This document shows, in pieces, positions 27,194 through 38,149 of a DNA stretch of 64,000 nucleotides. Each line of letters begins with the position of its first letter. The stretch's first letter is position 1. Below the pieces are notes generated by a model, which was not told the DNA's origin, did no database searches, and worked only from the letters and a program-made list of their open reading frames with translations. This stretch comes from Laetmonice hystrix (Eukaryota): assembly GCA_965235115.1 (NCBI GenBank), contig OZ249436.1:21020001-21084000 (forward strand). The letters are read 5' to 3'. Made by a program: the position numbers and the translations under genes.

Positions 27194-27519
27194 TAAAAGA
27201 CTTCACCACTGATGGCGAATGAAATTTAACCCTCCCTTTAAGACGGTGTTTCCGTCGTGTAATGTAACATGTAGCATGGCCACGTCTCTTGAAGATTTCG
27301 TCACAGGAATCTATCATCAACTCCCAGTAGGGGTTGGCCCATTTCTACGAGGACATGTACAAACACACTTCATCAATAAGGGGCACATCTCTCCTAGGAC
27401 ATGTATCTTTCATAAGGCCGACAGACATGTGCCCTGGGACATTAAACTACCTCCTGGAGTAATGTCTCCAAGGAAATGTCAACAGATACAGAATAAGTAC
27501 ATTAGTCTAGTGGAATGAA

Positions 27520-27524
<5 letters not shown>

Positions 27525-27608
<84 letters not shown>

Positions 27609-27620
27609 TCTCTCTCTCTC
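27525..27620. repeat. (TC)n microsatellite
   Basis: Read directly from the sequence. Confidence 0.95.
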
Positions 27621-28348
27621 TTTCAAAGACCGGAAACAGACCTACCGGACCTAAGAGACCTTTAAGGTTCAAACAGGATGAAGGATGTTGACAAGATAAA
27701 TTATGTCTCAAATCACCAAGAAAGAAAAAACATAACATCTTGATATCATCTTGATAAAATAACTTGGAACAAAATTTATACGATGTATAGAAACTTAAGG
27801 AAGAGAAAAAAGAATACATGAATTTCAATACAACGTTTTGCACAATATAGTTGCCTTAAATCCCCTCTTACTTAAAATGGGCTTTAAAGATATCAATGTA
27901 CATTTTGTAACGCTGAAAAAGAAACACTGTACCACTTACTATATGCCATGTGTATAGGCCTACGCAAGTAAATGTATTTTTGTAAATATGTCAATGGTCC
28001 TGGTAATCCGGTACTTATAAATATACCGTTCTGAAGAAAGCACTTTATCACAGTTCCAGCAACAATGCCGCTTTCTGATTGGTCCAGGCCCACGCGATAT
28101 GAAGCCGCACTCGGTGACATCGCACCAAACGGGTAGGATGGGCCATCCTATAGTAGTAGTCGTCGCGCCATCTGCCGGTCAAACAGGTCATTTTTCTATC
28201 CTACCGTTTTGGCTGCAGCGCCCTGTGCCTCGTTTTCATGGTGGCGTAGATCTATGCAAACGCAGCGCGACTGCAAAACTTCCAAAAGTCGTTTTGCCGA
28301 ATTCAATGACCACGTCTATAATGTGAGGATTGGAACTGTGATAAAATC

Positions 28349-28489
28349 GTTGCCCCATGTTTGCTTTTACGAAGTACGGAGTATAACCTAGCCTTGGTTG
28401 GCCATACCACATTCGGGCTTCGCCCTCATGTGGTATGGCCAACCAAGGCTAGGTTATATTCCGTACTACGTAAGCAAACATGGGGTAAC
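28349..28489. repeat. Near-perfect ~140-bp palindrome (foldback/MITE-like)
   Basis: GTTGCCCCATGTTTGCTT...CCTAGCCTTGGTTGGCCATACCACAT pairs with ATGTGGTATGGCCAACCAAGGCTAGG...AAGCAAACATGGGGTAAC around a short loop. Confidence 0.85.
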
Positions 28490-28640
28490 TGTTAGTACCC
28501 TTGGTGTAGAAAGTAAAAAATATTAATAAAAAGGGAGGAAAAATGTCAAATAATTGTTTTACTCTCCATACTTCCAGACGACATAATGCTTCCTTTAATT
28601 CAGTGTTCATATGCAGGGACACACATTCTACAGCGAATTT

Positions 28641-28776
28641 AGGGCCGGTTCACACTGAGGATTTCCCCCGGGTAATACCCGGGGCCGTGGTGGTGAGCTA
28701 GTATCTTCACATACAGCTCACCACCATCATTGACCCGGGTATTACCCAGAGGAAATCCTCAGTAGGAACCTGACCT
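28641..28776. mobile_element. Short MITE (Harbinger-like)
   Basis: Arms CTGAGGATTTCC...GGGTAATACCCGGG / CCCGGGTATTACCC...GGAAATCCTCAG; T/A-rich flanks. Confidence 0.7.
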
Positions 28777-29391
28777 TAATTTCAATATTTGTGTCCGAAT
28801 TACATTAGGTAACCAGCTGACAATATTGAAGTCCACCCGGATCAATGACATAATAATGACGACTACTGACGACGTAGGATAGGATGAACAGGATATCTAC
28901 TAACTCACACTCTAGAGAGGCAAACACATCGCGGTGGCGTTTGTCCTGAGTATCTGTAACACAGATAACTCGCCACGTCTCCGACTGAAGAGCTTATATA
29001 GATTTAGAGTACGATCTCTGCCATCCGAATAATTTCCCACCGGCCTCCAGAATATATGCCAGGGAGGTGACAGCCGACTTAAACGGACGCTGGTGTCGTG
29101 AAGCCCCCTGGTGGTCACTGCTGGTCAGATGATGAAATCGTCCACGTGACCCCAACGGGCCAATAGACAGCTTATTGCCTGAGCGACGAGATCCGCTCAC
29201 GGGTAATATAATCAGTAACTTATTCCATATCTAGGATTTCAATTACGGGGGCGTTCCTGACCTCAAGGTCCCACTCTGTCCTTAATGTCCAACTCATATT
29301 CCCGTAAGAAGGTAAAGTCCTTATCAATAATACTGACACCTGCACCAAATGTGCATATATCAATAATTGCTGCTCACTACTTAAAAGTTTT

Positions 29392-29838
29392 GTAAAAACA
29401 AAAACACGGCGTGTTTGATACAAGTACCCCAAGATGGTAACGGTAAAAACAAAAACCAGGCATGTTTGATACAAATACCCCAAGATGATAAACGGTAAAA
29501 ACAAAAACCAGGCATGTTTGATACAAATACCCCAAGATGATAAACGGTAAAAACAAAAACCAGGCATGTTTTATACGCTTACCAAGCAGAAGATAATAAA
29601 CGGTAAAAACAAAAACCAGGCCTGTTTGATACAAATACCACAAGATGATACACGGTAAAAACAAAAACCAGGCCTGTTTTATACAAATGCCCCAAAATGA
29701 TAAAGGGTAAAAGCAAAAACATGGCGTGTTTGATACAAATACCCCAAGATGATAAACGGTAAAAACAAAAACCAGGCGTGTTTGATACAAATACCCCAAG
29801 ATGATAAACAGTAAAAACAAAAACATGGCGTGTTTGAT
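29392..29838. repeat. ~52-bp minisatellite, ~8 copies
   Basis: Unit GGTAAAAACAAAAACCAGGCATGTTTGATACAAATACCCCAAGATGATAAAC. Confidence 0.93.
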
Positions 29839-30640
29839 AAATATTTTGGCCAAAACAAATCTTCCTTTCCCTCTTCAAAGATAAATGGTCAGCCCCAATC
29901 CGTGTGAAACACACGCCCAGTCGCCACCAAACACGTGCTTGTTGTACACGAACACACGCGCTCACAACATGAAGGACTCATGGTGTCTCACCCATGCAAT
30001 ATCCGGTCAATTCGATTTCCACACTTGGTGTGCATTGAAACCGATCCAACATCCACAAACCATGGCACTCATCTGGGTACATCAATATATGCATATTAGC
30101 TGGGGTCCGACAACAGATGCTAACTCCGTCGCCTTAGAGGTAGAGGTCCCGAGGCGCAGATGGAGTCAGCCAATAGAAACCTGATGGATGATACAGGACC
30201 ACCAGTTAGAAATACTGCTCTGAACTAGGCATGGTGAACTTACACTCAGTGCCCTGCCAAGGGACTTTGTTAGGGAATCCCAAGGAATGGATCGCCCGGA
30301 GAATCAACCTTTTAGTATAAGCATGGGGACGAGCGAACATTGCTGATTTTACTGACCACACTGTCAGCATCCTTCTTACATAAAACCCGCTATATGATCT
30401 GTGCGGCTGTGCTGAGCAGCAGAAGTCAGGAGGCTTTACAAGACTTCACTACTGCCACATACCGAATATAGGCTTCTATTCATGGGTATATCCACATTTA
30501 TATCCCGTTCTCTGAGGGGTACGCAACATCTATTATAGGAGAATATGGACCGGGAGATGTGTGTTCCATTAGACGTCTTCAGACCCATTGTACAGACACC
30601 CAGATAACCATGAGTGCTTGTCTAGACCAGCTGACCACCA

Positions 30641-30670
30641 TTTTTTTTTTTTTTTTTGTTTTTGTTTATT
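30641..30670 (-). terminator. LINE polyadenylation signal and poly(A) tail
   Basis: TTTATT at 30665-30670 (AATAAA on minus) followed by ACAAAAAC-like bases and T17 at 30641-30657. Confidence 0.85.
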
Positions 30671-30924
30671 TCCACAACAATCGCCTAGCATGGCGTTCTT
30701 CCTTGAGTGGTTAAAGGAAGTGTAACAGAATTCAACCTAGTTAAGACAATTAAGCATTAAAACACATTTTCACTTCCATCTGAACAGTAAACACAACCAA
30801 AAATATGACTTATGTACAAATGGTTCAACAAATGACTAACATGAATAAAGTACAGAATTACAATAATACAGTGGGTAATGGCCAGGAGTTAATGTACAGG
30901 AAGCAAAGGAAAATTGCAAGGGAA

Positions 30925-33779
30925 TTATAAGATCTGGTCAATGGCTCTTTTGAACGATTTTGGGCACGGAATGTGCTGAATATCAGCATGTAGCTTGTCC
31001 CATTCTTTCAAACCTCGTTGCATGGGACTTCTCAAAAAAAAGGCAGTGTGGGCTCGCCGCCGTTCAAAGCGCAGTTTACGATCACCTCTGGTTCTCTGTC
31101 TATTATTAACTATGGTTTTGCCTGCTATTGCTCTTTTATGCATTATCCGGAGTAGTTGCCTTTTCCTGCGGGTGGTTAAGAGATCTATTCCGGTTAGTGC
31201 ATGTAGTTCGGCTATGGAATATTGTTAGCCCGTAGGCAGAGGCGTAATCCTCGATTTTGGAGTTTTTGTAAGCGGTCATACTCAACGCGATTTGCGCTTT
31301 CGTGCATGAATCCACAATAATCAAAAATTGGCAGTATTGTTTGTTTGTAGATTGCTAAACATACCTCGTTTGTTAGGGATTTCCGGAGTTTACCCAGCTT
31401 AAAAATACGGTTACTTGTCTGCTTGACTACTTTGTTAATGTTTTGTTTGAGTGTTAGTTGTCCGTCTAGTTCAACACCTAGATAGCAGTAGGTTGTAGTA
31501 TGAGGTAACAGTGTATCACCCATGGTAATATTGAGATCATTCAAATTCCCGATCTTATTTAAAGCCCCAAACCACATGACCATTGTTTTCTTCCTGTTAA
31601 TGGTTAGACCATTAGTAATTGACCAGCGGTACAGTCGGTCAACATCTACCTGCAGTCGGGCCTCAGCAATAGCCGCTGAGTTGGCACTAATATACAACAT
31701 GATGTCATCAGCAAACATAAAACATTTACAGTATATGAATTGCTGAGTGACATCATTAATAAATAGGATAAATAAGAGCGGTCCGAGTGTTGAGCCTTGT
31801 GGAACCCCAAATTTGACATCTGTGACCGGTGACTTGATGTTATTAGCCAGAGTACATTGCTTCCGACCACTGAGATAGCTAGTCACCCAATTCATAATGT
31901 TGGTGGGGATACCAAGTTCCGATACCTTTCGCAATAACAGCGGGACCGAGACGCTATCGAATGCTTTTTGAATGTCTATAAAAGCTGCAGCTGTTACCAG
32001 ACCCTGATCCCTTGCAGTATAGAGGTCATTTGTGACATCAAGTACAGCGTCACTTGTGCTAAGTCCACTGCGAAAACCAAACTGGCAGGGTGATAGAAAT
32101 TCCTTTTCCTCTAGGATTGCAGTTAAATAACGATGTACGACCTTTTCTAGTAACTTGCCTGGTAATGGTAGTAGAGTTATGGGACGCCAGTTAGAAACCA
32201 TTCTCAGGTTACCTTTCTTGGGAATAGGAATTACCTTGCCCACACACCAAGCACTTGGGAATATTCCAGAGTCTAAGGAGTTAATGAAAATTGTCACAAG
32301 TCTACGGGTTAGTAGCTGAAAGGCATCCTTTAGCACTCTGGCGTTAACACCGTCCACGCCCGATGATTTGTGTACGTCTATGTCGCTAACTAATTTACGT
32401 ATAATCTGTTCGTTTACAAGCTCGGCACCACTGAGTTTAGGACCCGACAGAGAACCATCATAGTGACCCAACCACATATCGGGTTCCACTTCAGTTAGTT
32501 TCCGGAATAAGCTTTCCCCAATACCTGCAAAGTATTCATTAATGTAAGTGGCCGTTTCCGCGTGTGGAACATCGGAACCAGTGTTTTCATTTATCAGGGA
32601 GATTACTGCGGTTGCTTTACCAGGGTCAAGTATTTTGTTTACCTCCCTCCAGAATTTCTTGGGTTCGGGCCGTGCCTCTTCTAGCTTGTTCTTGACCCAG
32701 TCTGCCTTGGCATTACGCAACATTCTTTGTATGGTTCGCCTGAGGCCTTTGGCTATGGTCCACTCTGACTGGTCACCAGTGTTTTGGTAGAGTTTGATAT
32801 GATCTTTCCTATCGGCTATCGCTTCACGTATGTCATTTGTTATCCACTCTTCTGTGTGTTTCTTAACCCTGCGTGGTTGGTAGGGACAACTATAATCAAG
32901 GTAGTTCTGGATATTGTTTATCATGTTAGTCCACTGTAGTTCAGGGTTTGCAGTGCTATCAAAGGCCGACCAATCAGAGTGGATGAGGTAGTCCCACAGA
33001 TCATATGTATTGTAATTTCTATAAGACCTACCATAAAAAGACTCGTACTCTCTTCTAGTTCTGGTTTTCTTTTTGATCGCAAAGACAGGGATGTGGTCAC
33101 TAATGAGGTGGTCAATAGTACCACATGCGGAAACGACTTCACAGTTAGTTAGGATATTATCTATACATGTGCCACTTCCAGCTGCTAATCTCGTCGATTG
33201 GGTAATTAAATGTTTGAGGCCTGTCTGGCGACAGAATTCAAACATCTTTTTAGGGTTTGGGGAATTGCGCTTTTTAACATCGATGTTGTAATCACCTACG
33301 AACCATAGCTCTCTATTTTTACAGGACTCATGTTCAAGTATATATGTTAGGTGATCAAAGAAAGCAGCTACATTGCCTGCTGGTGGTCTGTAAATAGTTA
33401 CAATCATTAACTTTTTATGGTTTGGCTGGTCTACCAGGATGCATAGTGTTTCAATATCGCTGTTGCTGAGGCATAGTTCATTGACCCGACTGCTGAAATG
33501 GGTTATTTTATCCTTAAGATAACAGGCGACACCTCCTCCCCTACCACGCTCCCTATCATTTCGGTAAATTGTTCGTCCTCTCCAATACAACAGACTATCA
33601 TCTTAATTATTATTTAACCAAGTTTCGGAGATACACACAACATCGTACCCATCTAGTTGTACCTGAACATCATGCAACTTCGGAAAAAGACTCCTGGTAT
33701 TTAACCCACAGATCTTAAATCCCCTTGCAATCTCCTTTAAGTCATCCTGCTGGGTAAGCAGGTACTGAAATGTGGCCAT
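30925..33779 (-). pseudogene. LINE ORF2 (APE endonuclease + reverse transcriptase), disabled by one nonsense and one frameshift
   Basis: ATG 33779 (MATFQY...GLNTRSL...CISETWL) is in frame with ORF 31212-33590 except for TAA at 33605-33603. APE motifs GGGVA, IYRPP, GDYN, CIDNI, SDH; RT motifs WRPITLL, QFGFR, DIQKAFDSV, GVPQGSTLGPLLF, FADD, YLGV. A 1-nt frameshift near 31221 leads into YSIAELHALTG...RAIDQIL* (stop at 30925). Confidence 0.93.
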
Positions 33780-34384
33780 TTACCCATGTTGATGGTTCAA
33801 GTGATATACAATGAAAGAAATAAAGTGTTTTAAACGATTCCCTCATTGAGACTATTGTCTGAACAGGGGAGAGAAGGGTGAGGCGAGGATTAGTCTCAAC
33901 TTGCCGCACTGATCTGTTGAGTGCATAAATATATAATTAAACAGAACTACAGATTCATATATATACAAGTTAGGGCTCCTCTGCCCTATACGAAGGACTT
34001 CACATACTGGTAACAAGTTACAGATTCAAGCTGAGTGCATTAGAAAGGGCCAAGAAGGCCAAGATAATAGCACCACAATAATCACTGCATTGTGATTGTT
34101 GTGTTATACAACACGGTATACGCATATAGTACACAAGTATAGGACTTAGCATGCCATCCAAGTGTGGGTACATTTTACAATTCACTTTAAAGATGCATTC
34201 GCATATCAAGGATATCCTAAGATGTAGTTTTACACATTCCGGAATTCATTTTAGATCTTCCTATCACGGTTGTGAGTTAAGCGAATGTGCAGCAGTAAAC
34301 GTAGTATGGTAACAGTAGTCGTATACGCAGTATGGTGCTAGATTCGAATGTTACAATAATATTGCTTCAATACTTCCATTTAAT

Positions 34385-36157
34385 TTAATTAGTAACACGC
34401 AAACGTTGACGGATATCAACCAAAAGTTTACCGAGTTCATTACGACCGGTGTACACCCCCTGTGTCAGGTGTTCACTTGCATAGTTCTCGCCTGCTCCCC
34501 AGAAGGGGTCCCGGGTCGATTCGACTAGTGGTTCAGGATAAGTGCTTAATAGTTCGTTACGTAGGCGGTCATGCTGCAGGTATTTGCACATATTGATTTC
34601 CATCATTACTCTAAGGCGAGCGTTATACCAGGGATGGTCATCGGGGAGGACAACTCGTTTCCCGATCTCTAGTATTTTGTAGGGATTTTGTTCACTTAGT
34701 ACCTCTTTGCCCCTTTTGTATTGCCCACAGAAAATACATTTAGCGTACTGATATGCCATTTCATTGCAGCTAAAGTTCATAGCATCCAGTGTAGTACCAT
34801 CTTCCTTAGCAGGGGCGTATGATATGGTGGCTTCGTACATATTACTGAGGGGTGCATTGGGTCCGTTAAAGATTAGCCCCGAAGCAGTTTTACGGACTCG
34901 CTGAGTTGCGGTACTTGGCCGGTCACGATGATCGGTTGCTGCAGCATCATTTTGGCGTCCAGTGCCCTGGTCCTTGTCGGCTCCTGTACCGGTGTCCGTG
35001 TTTTCCTGTTGGAGATCACGGGCATTTATGTCTAGGCGTAACGACATAGGCATGATGTCATCCGGGAGCTGTGAACTTTGACTGATGTCGTACAGTTTGC
35101 CATTAATTGTTATTCCTTCAGCATGAAGAGAAACCTTCGCCCCCTGACGTCTGTGGTATCTGGCAATCTGCCTGTATTTCCAGCGGGTTCTCCTTATCTC
35201 TGGAGGTTCGTCATAATTAAACCACACGTGTTGGCCCTCATTTGCAAGATTTTTCAGTTTCGCCTTTATCCGCATTACCTTTTCTAAGGCAGTCTTATTG
35301 CTAAAGCATACGATGATTTTGGGAGGTCGTCCGGGGTCAAGTTTGGCGTCTTTGCTGATGAGTCTCGATATTCTTAACACGTCAGGCTCATTGAGAGTTA
35401 CTCCGAGTTGTGCTATCAGCTGCCAGAATTGTTTTTTGACATCTTCATTTGTAGTCATTTTGAGGCCACTTATGATTAGATTTCGGCCTCGGTCTTCATG
35501 CGCATAAAGAAGCCCGGCACTGTCCTTCCCTTTAAGGGCACAAGCATAAGTCTTAGTACTATTGAGCTCTTCTTTAATTGAGTATTGCGCTCTAGTCAGT
35601 TCATCTATTTGCTTCTGTTGGGAGGCTAGTTTTTTATTGAGCAATTTATTCACCTCATTACTTTCGTTTTGGTAGTTCTTATTATCAGCCTTCACTTTCT
35701 CGATTTCCGATGAAACATGTGTATACATCTGTGTAAACTTAGCATCTAACTCGTGCTGCATGGCTAAAATATCTTCCTTTTTCGCCATAGTTGAAAGTTG
35801 GTTGTTCATATTTGCAAGTAGTGCAGAAATGTTACCCAGCTCTATGTTTGTCGCAGGAGTGCAGGCGCTTGTAACAGAGTCACTATTGCTGGGCATATGT
35901 TCGGTCACACCTGGGTGATCATGTGTAATAGGTAAGGGTGTCTTTTCGGGCTCCCCACCTGTGCTCAACTCGTTGTGTGATACTTCATTATCAGACATAT
36001 TTTCACGGATTTCACTTTCAGTATGAGTATTTACATGGTCTTTTACACGTTTTGATTGGTTTCCCACACTGTTCGGTGATAGTTGGCCGGATCGCGACCG
36101 TTTTTTCCTTCCCCTAGGTTTGGTTTGCTTACCGGGGCCTACTTGCTGTTGACTCAT
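34385..36157 (-). CDS. LINE ORF1 protein, 590 aa: coiled coil + L1-type RRM/CTD + C-terminal NADAR (YbiA-like) domain
   Basis: Heptad-rich region aa ~105-205; ORF1 RRM signature RGRNLIISGL...RPPKIIVCF...VWFNYD...ITINGKLY; low-complexity linker; aa ~428-587 carry NADAR motifs PLSNMY, NEMAYQYAK, W...RLRVM...KYLQHDRLRNELLST, LVESTRDPFWGAG, GRNELGKLLVDIRQRL. Confidence 0.92.
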   Translation of the reverse strand: MSQQQVGPGKQTKPRGRKKRSRSGQLSPNSVGNQSKRVKDHVNTHTESEIRENMSDNEVSHNELSTGGEPEKTPLPITHDHPGVTEHMPSNSDSVTSACTPATNIELGNISALLANMNNQLSTMAKKEDILAMQHELDAKFTQMYTHVSSEIEKVKADNKNYQNESNEVNKLLNKKLASQQKQIDELTRAQYSIKEELNSTKTYACALKGKDSAGLLYAHEDRGRNLIISGLKMTTNEDVKKQFWQLIAQLGVTLNEPDVLRISRLISKDAKLDPGRPPKIIVCFSNKTALEKVMRIKAKLKNLANEGQHVWFNYDEPPEIRRTRWKYRQIARYHRRQGAKVSLHAEGITINGKLYDISQSSQLPDDIMPMSLRLDINARDLQQENTDTGTGADKDQGTGRQNDAAATDHRDRPSTATQRVRKTASGLIFNGPNAPLSNMYEATISYAPAKEDGTTLDAMNFSCNEMAYQYAKCIFCGQYKRGKEVLSEQNPYKILEIGKRVVLPDDHPWYNARLRVMMEINMCKYLQHDRLRNELLSTYPEPLVESTRDPFWGAGENYASEHLTQGVYTGRNELGKLLVDIRQRLRVTN

Positions 36158-36378
36158 GTCATGTAGCTTGTTTCTACAGCGTTGGTAGAGTTGATGGCGT
36201 CAGGTACATATATCCGTTGATCAGAGTCCAGTAGGGTGCCACATGTGGTATTTGGTCACTTATATCACATCAGCACATATTGGGTATAGATCCGTGTTAT
36301 TGGCGCATTGTGATTCCCCCTAGATTCCACGTAAAAAAGAAACTTTCAGGAGCCCTAAAACGCCGCGTCTCAAACGGC

Positions 36379-36388
36379 CGCCATCTTG
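36379..36388 (-). promoter_or_regulatory. YY1-type motif at the LINE 5' end (candidate internal promoter element)
   Basis: CAAGATGGCG on the minus strand, followed by a CpG-rich patch, ~220 bp upstream of the ORF1 ATG; the mammalian L1 5'UTR has a YY1 site in the analogous position. Confidence 0.55.
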
Positions 36389-36775
36389 ATATTGTATTGT
36401 GATGACCATTGATGAGTGCTGGCCACCTTTTGATGCTTGTCTAGACCAGCTGGCCACCATTAGGTAACCATTGATACTTGTCTAGGCCAGGTGACCACCA
36501 TTTGATAACTAATCAAGTATGTCTAAGCGAAACATCAAATGCAAATCTACGTTTTTTTTATAGGACATGTAATTATATCTCCGTAAGTACAGTGTACTGC
36601 GGTGTGGAGGTGCGGTATACTCAGTGTATTGTGGTGTGGATTCGCGCCAGAAGTTTGATGCGGGCAAGGCATATTATGAAGGGCATTAGAGGCATAAACC
36701 TCTATCCCCAAAGGGGGGAGGGCTGACCAAATGCCTGCCCCTCCCCCCAATAGGCTTGTGGCCTAGACTTGTATG

Positions 36776-37517
36776 CACGGATTACCCCCGCTAGCCCCCC
36801 GCCCGCTAGCCCCCCGTTTAGACAAGGCCGAAGGTGTGAGAAATCTGTGCCGGTAGCCCCCCGCTCGGCTGTTCCACTCCCTGACACTACCCCCCCCCCA
36901 CACACACACACACACCCACACACCCACCCCCCCCACACACACACCACTGAGGCGTGGACGGAGTTGGGGGGGGGGGTCAACGGCGGGACTTGGCGGCTCA
37001 TATGCTGCCGATGCAGGCAAGTCAGCCAGCCCCCAAAAGAAAGAAAAAGTATTGACTCCCGACTGCACCAGTTAGGCTTAGACTATGATATGCCACAGAA
37101 TGATGGAGTCCTATATGAAGGCGGTTGGCCATATGATGGACAATACTACTGGTACTAAGTAAGGCAGTGGTTGAGTGTATAACTGTGATTCTAACCATAG
37201 ACTACGTCTATGTTCTAACTAACACCATAATACAGATTCAGTCCCGTAACACCCGTAATCAGTCATTTATATATCTAGTAACACCCCCTAATTATTTGTC
37301 GCTTGCCTTTTAGTTATCCCTTAACAAAGAACTATACATTACAATGCAAGTTCCTTGCCCTTACCATCCCTGACCGCTGACCACCCCAAATCTCATAAGG
37401 GGGTAGTGTCTGATAGTGGAACAGCCGAGCGGGGGGCTAGCGGCACAGATTTCTCACACCTTCGGCCCTGTCTAAACGGGGGGCTAGCGGGCGGGGGGCT
37501 AGCGGGATGATACCGTA
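36776..37517. mobile_element. Non-autonomous element with ~100-bp TIRs (CAC-ended, possible 2-bp TG TSD, EnSpm/CACTA-like)
   Basis: 36776-~36878 is an inverted copy of ~37415-37517 (CCCGCTAGCCCCCC...GGCCGAAGGTGTGAGAAATCTGTGCCG...GCTCGGCTGTTCCACT); TG on both flanks. Confidence 0.8.
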
Positions 37518-38149
37518 TGCACAATGATGTCACGGTCTGTCAGTTGGTGATGAAGGAGTCCCTCAGATTGGCTCAAGGAAGAAAAACAATAAAATTAGCG
37601 CCACCTGTACCATGGGGCTTCCAGGACATTCACAGAGACGATTCTATGCCATCAGTGCCTGCAACAATGACAAGGATATTCAGTCACCAGCAGGTTAAAG
37701 CCATCTCTGGGGCAGGTCGGCCATCGTCTACCCTACAACTAGCCCTTGATCTAGAGCTATGAATGAGAACCCCGTTCACGTTTATCTTTATATGGAGCCA
37801 TTTAACCCCCAACTGCAAAAAAAAATTATCTTTTATTAATGTCTTTCCGTATTTTTCCTCTTCCATCTTAGGGGGTTGCGTACATTTTGTAGAGGTAAAT
37901 ACCACAATTATACAGAAATCTTCCTCTATTCTTCTGATATTTTGATGTGGCCATAGTCATGGCCATGGTCGAGTTTTCTTTTGATATATATTCAGTGGAC
38001 TTAACACACACAAAAACCATCCAACTAAGAAATAGAAAGAGCAGGTATTTTTATTGTGATGTCCAGATCCGTAATTGATATTCCCATGTTGACCTCGGAC
38101 ACTGCTCGATTCGCCAGCCGGAATTTAGCTGTTCTTGATACATGTAATA

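Larger units (their letters stand above)
30641..36400 (-). mobile_element. Apparently full-length CR1/L2-type LINE: 5'UTR - ORF1(+NADAR) - 605-bp spacer - ORF2 (APE-RT) - 3'UTR - poly(A)
   Basis: Two ORFs on the minus strand; AATAAA plus A17 tail at the low-coordinate end; YY1-type motif near the 5' end. The exact 5' boundary is uncertain by ~15 bp and no convincing TSD was found. Confidence 0.93.

Noticed and set aside
31212..33590. Intact 792-aa ORF2 as listed in the ORF track
   Set aside because: It starts at a TTG after a premature stop and ends at a frameshift; the true ORF2 spans 33779-30925.
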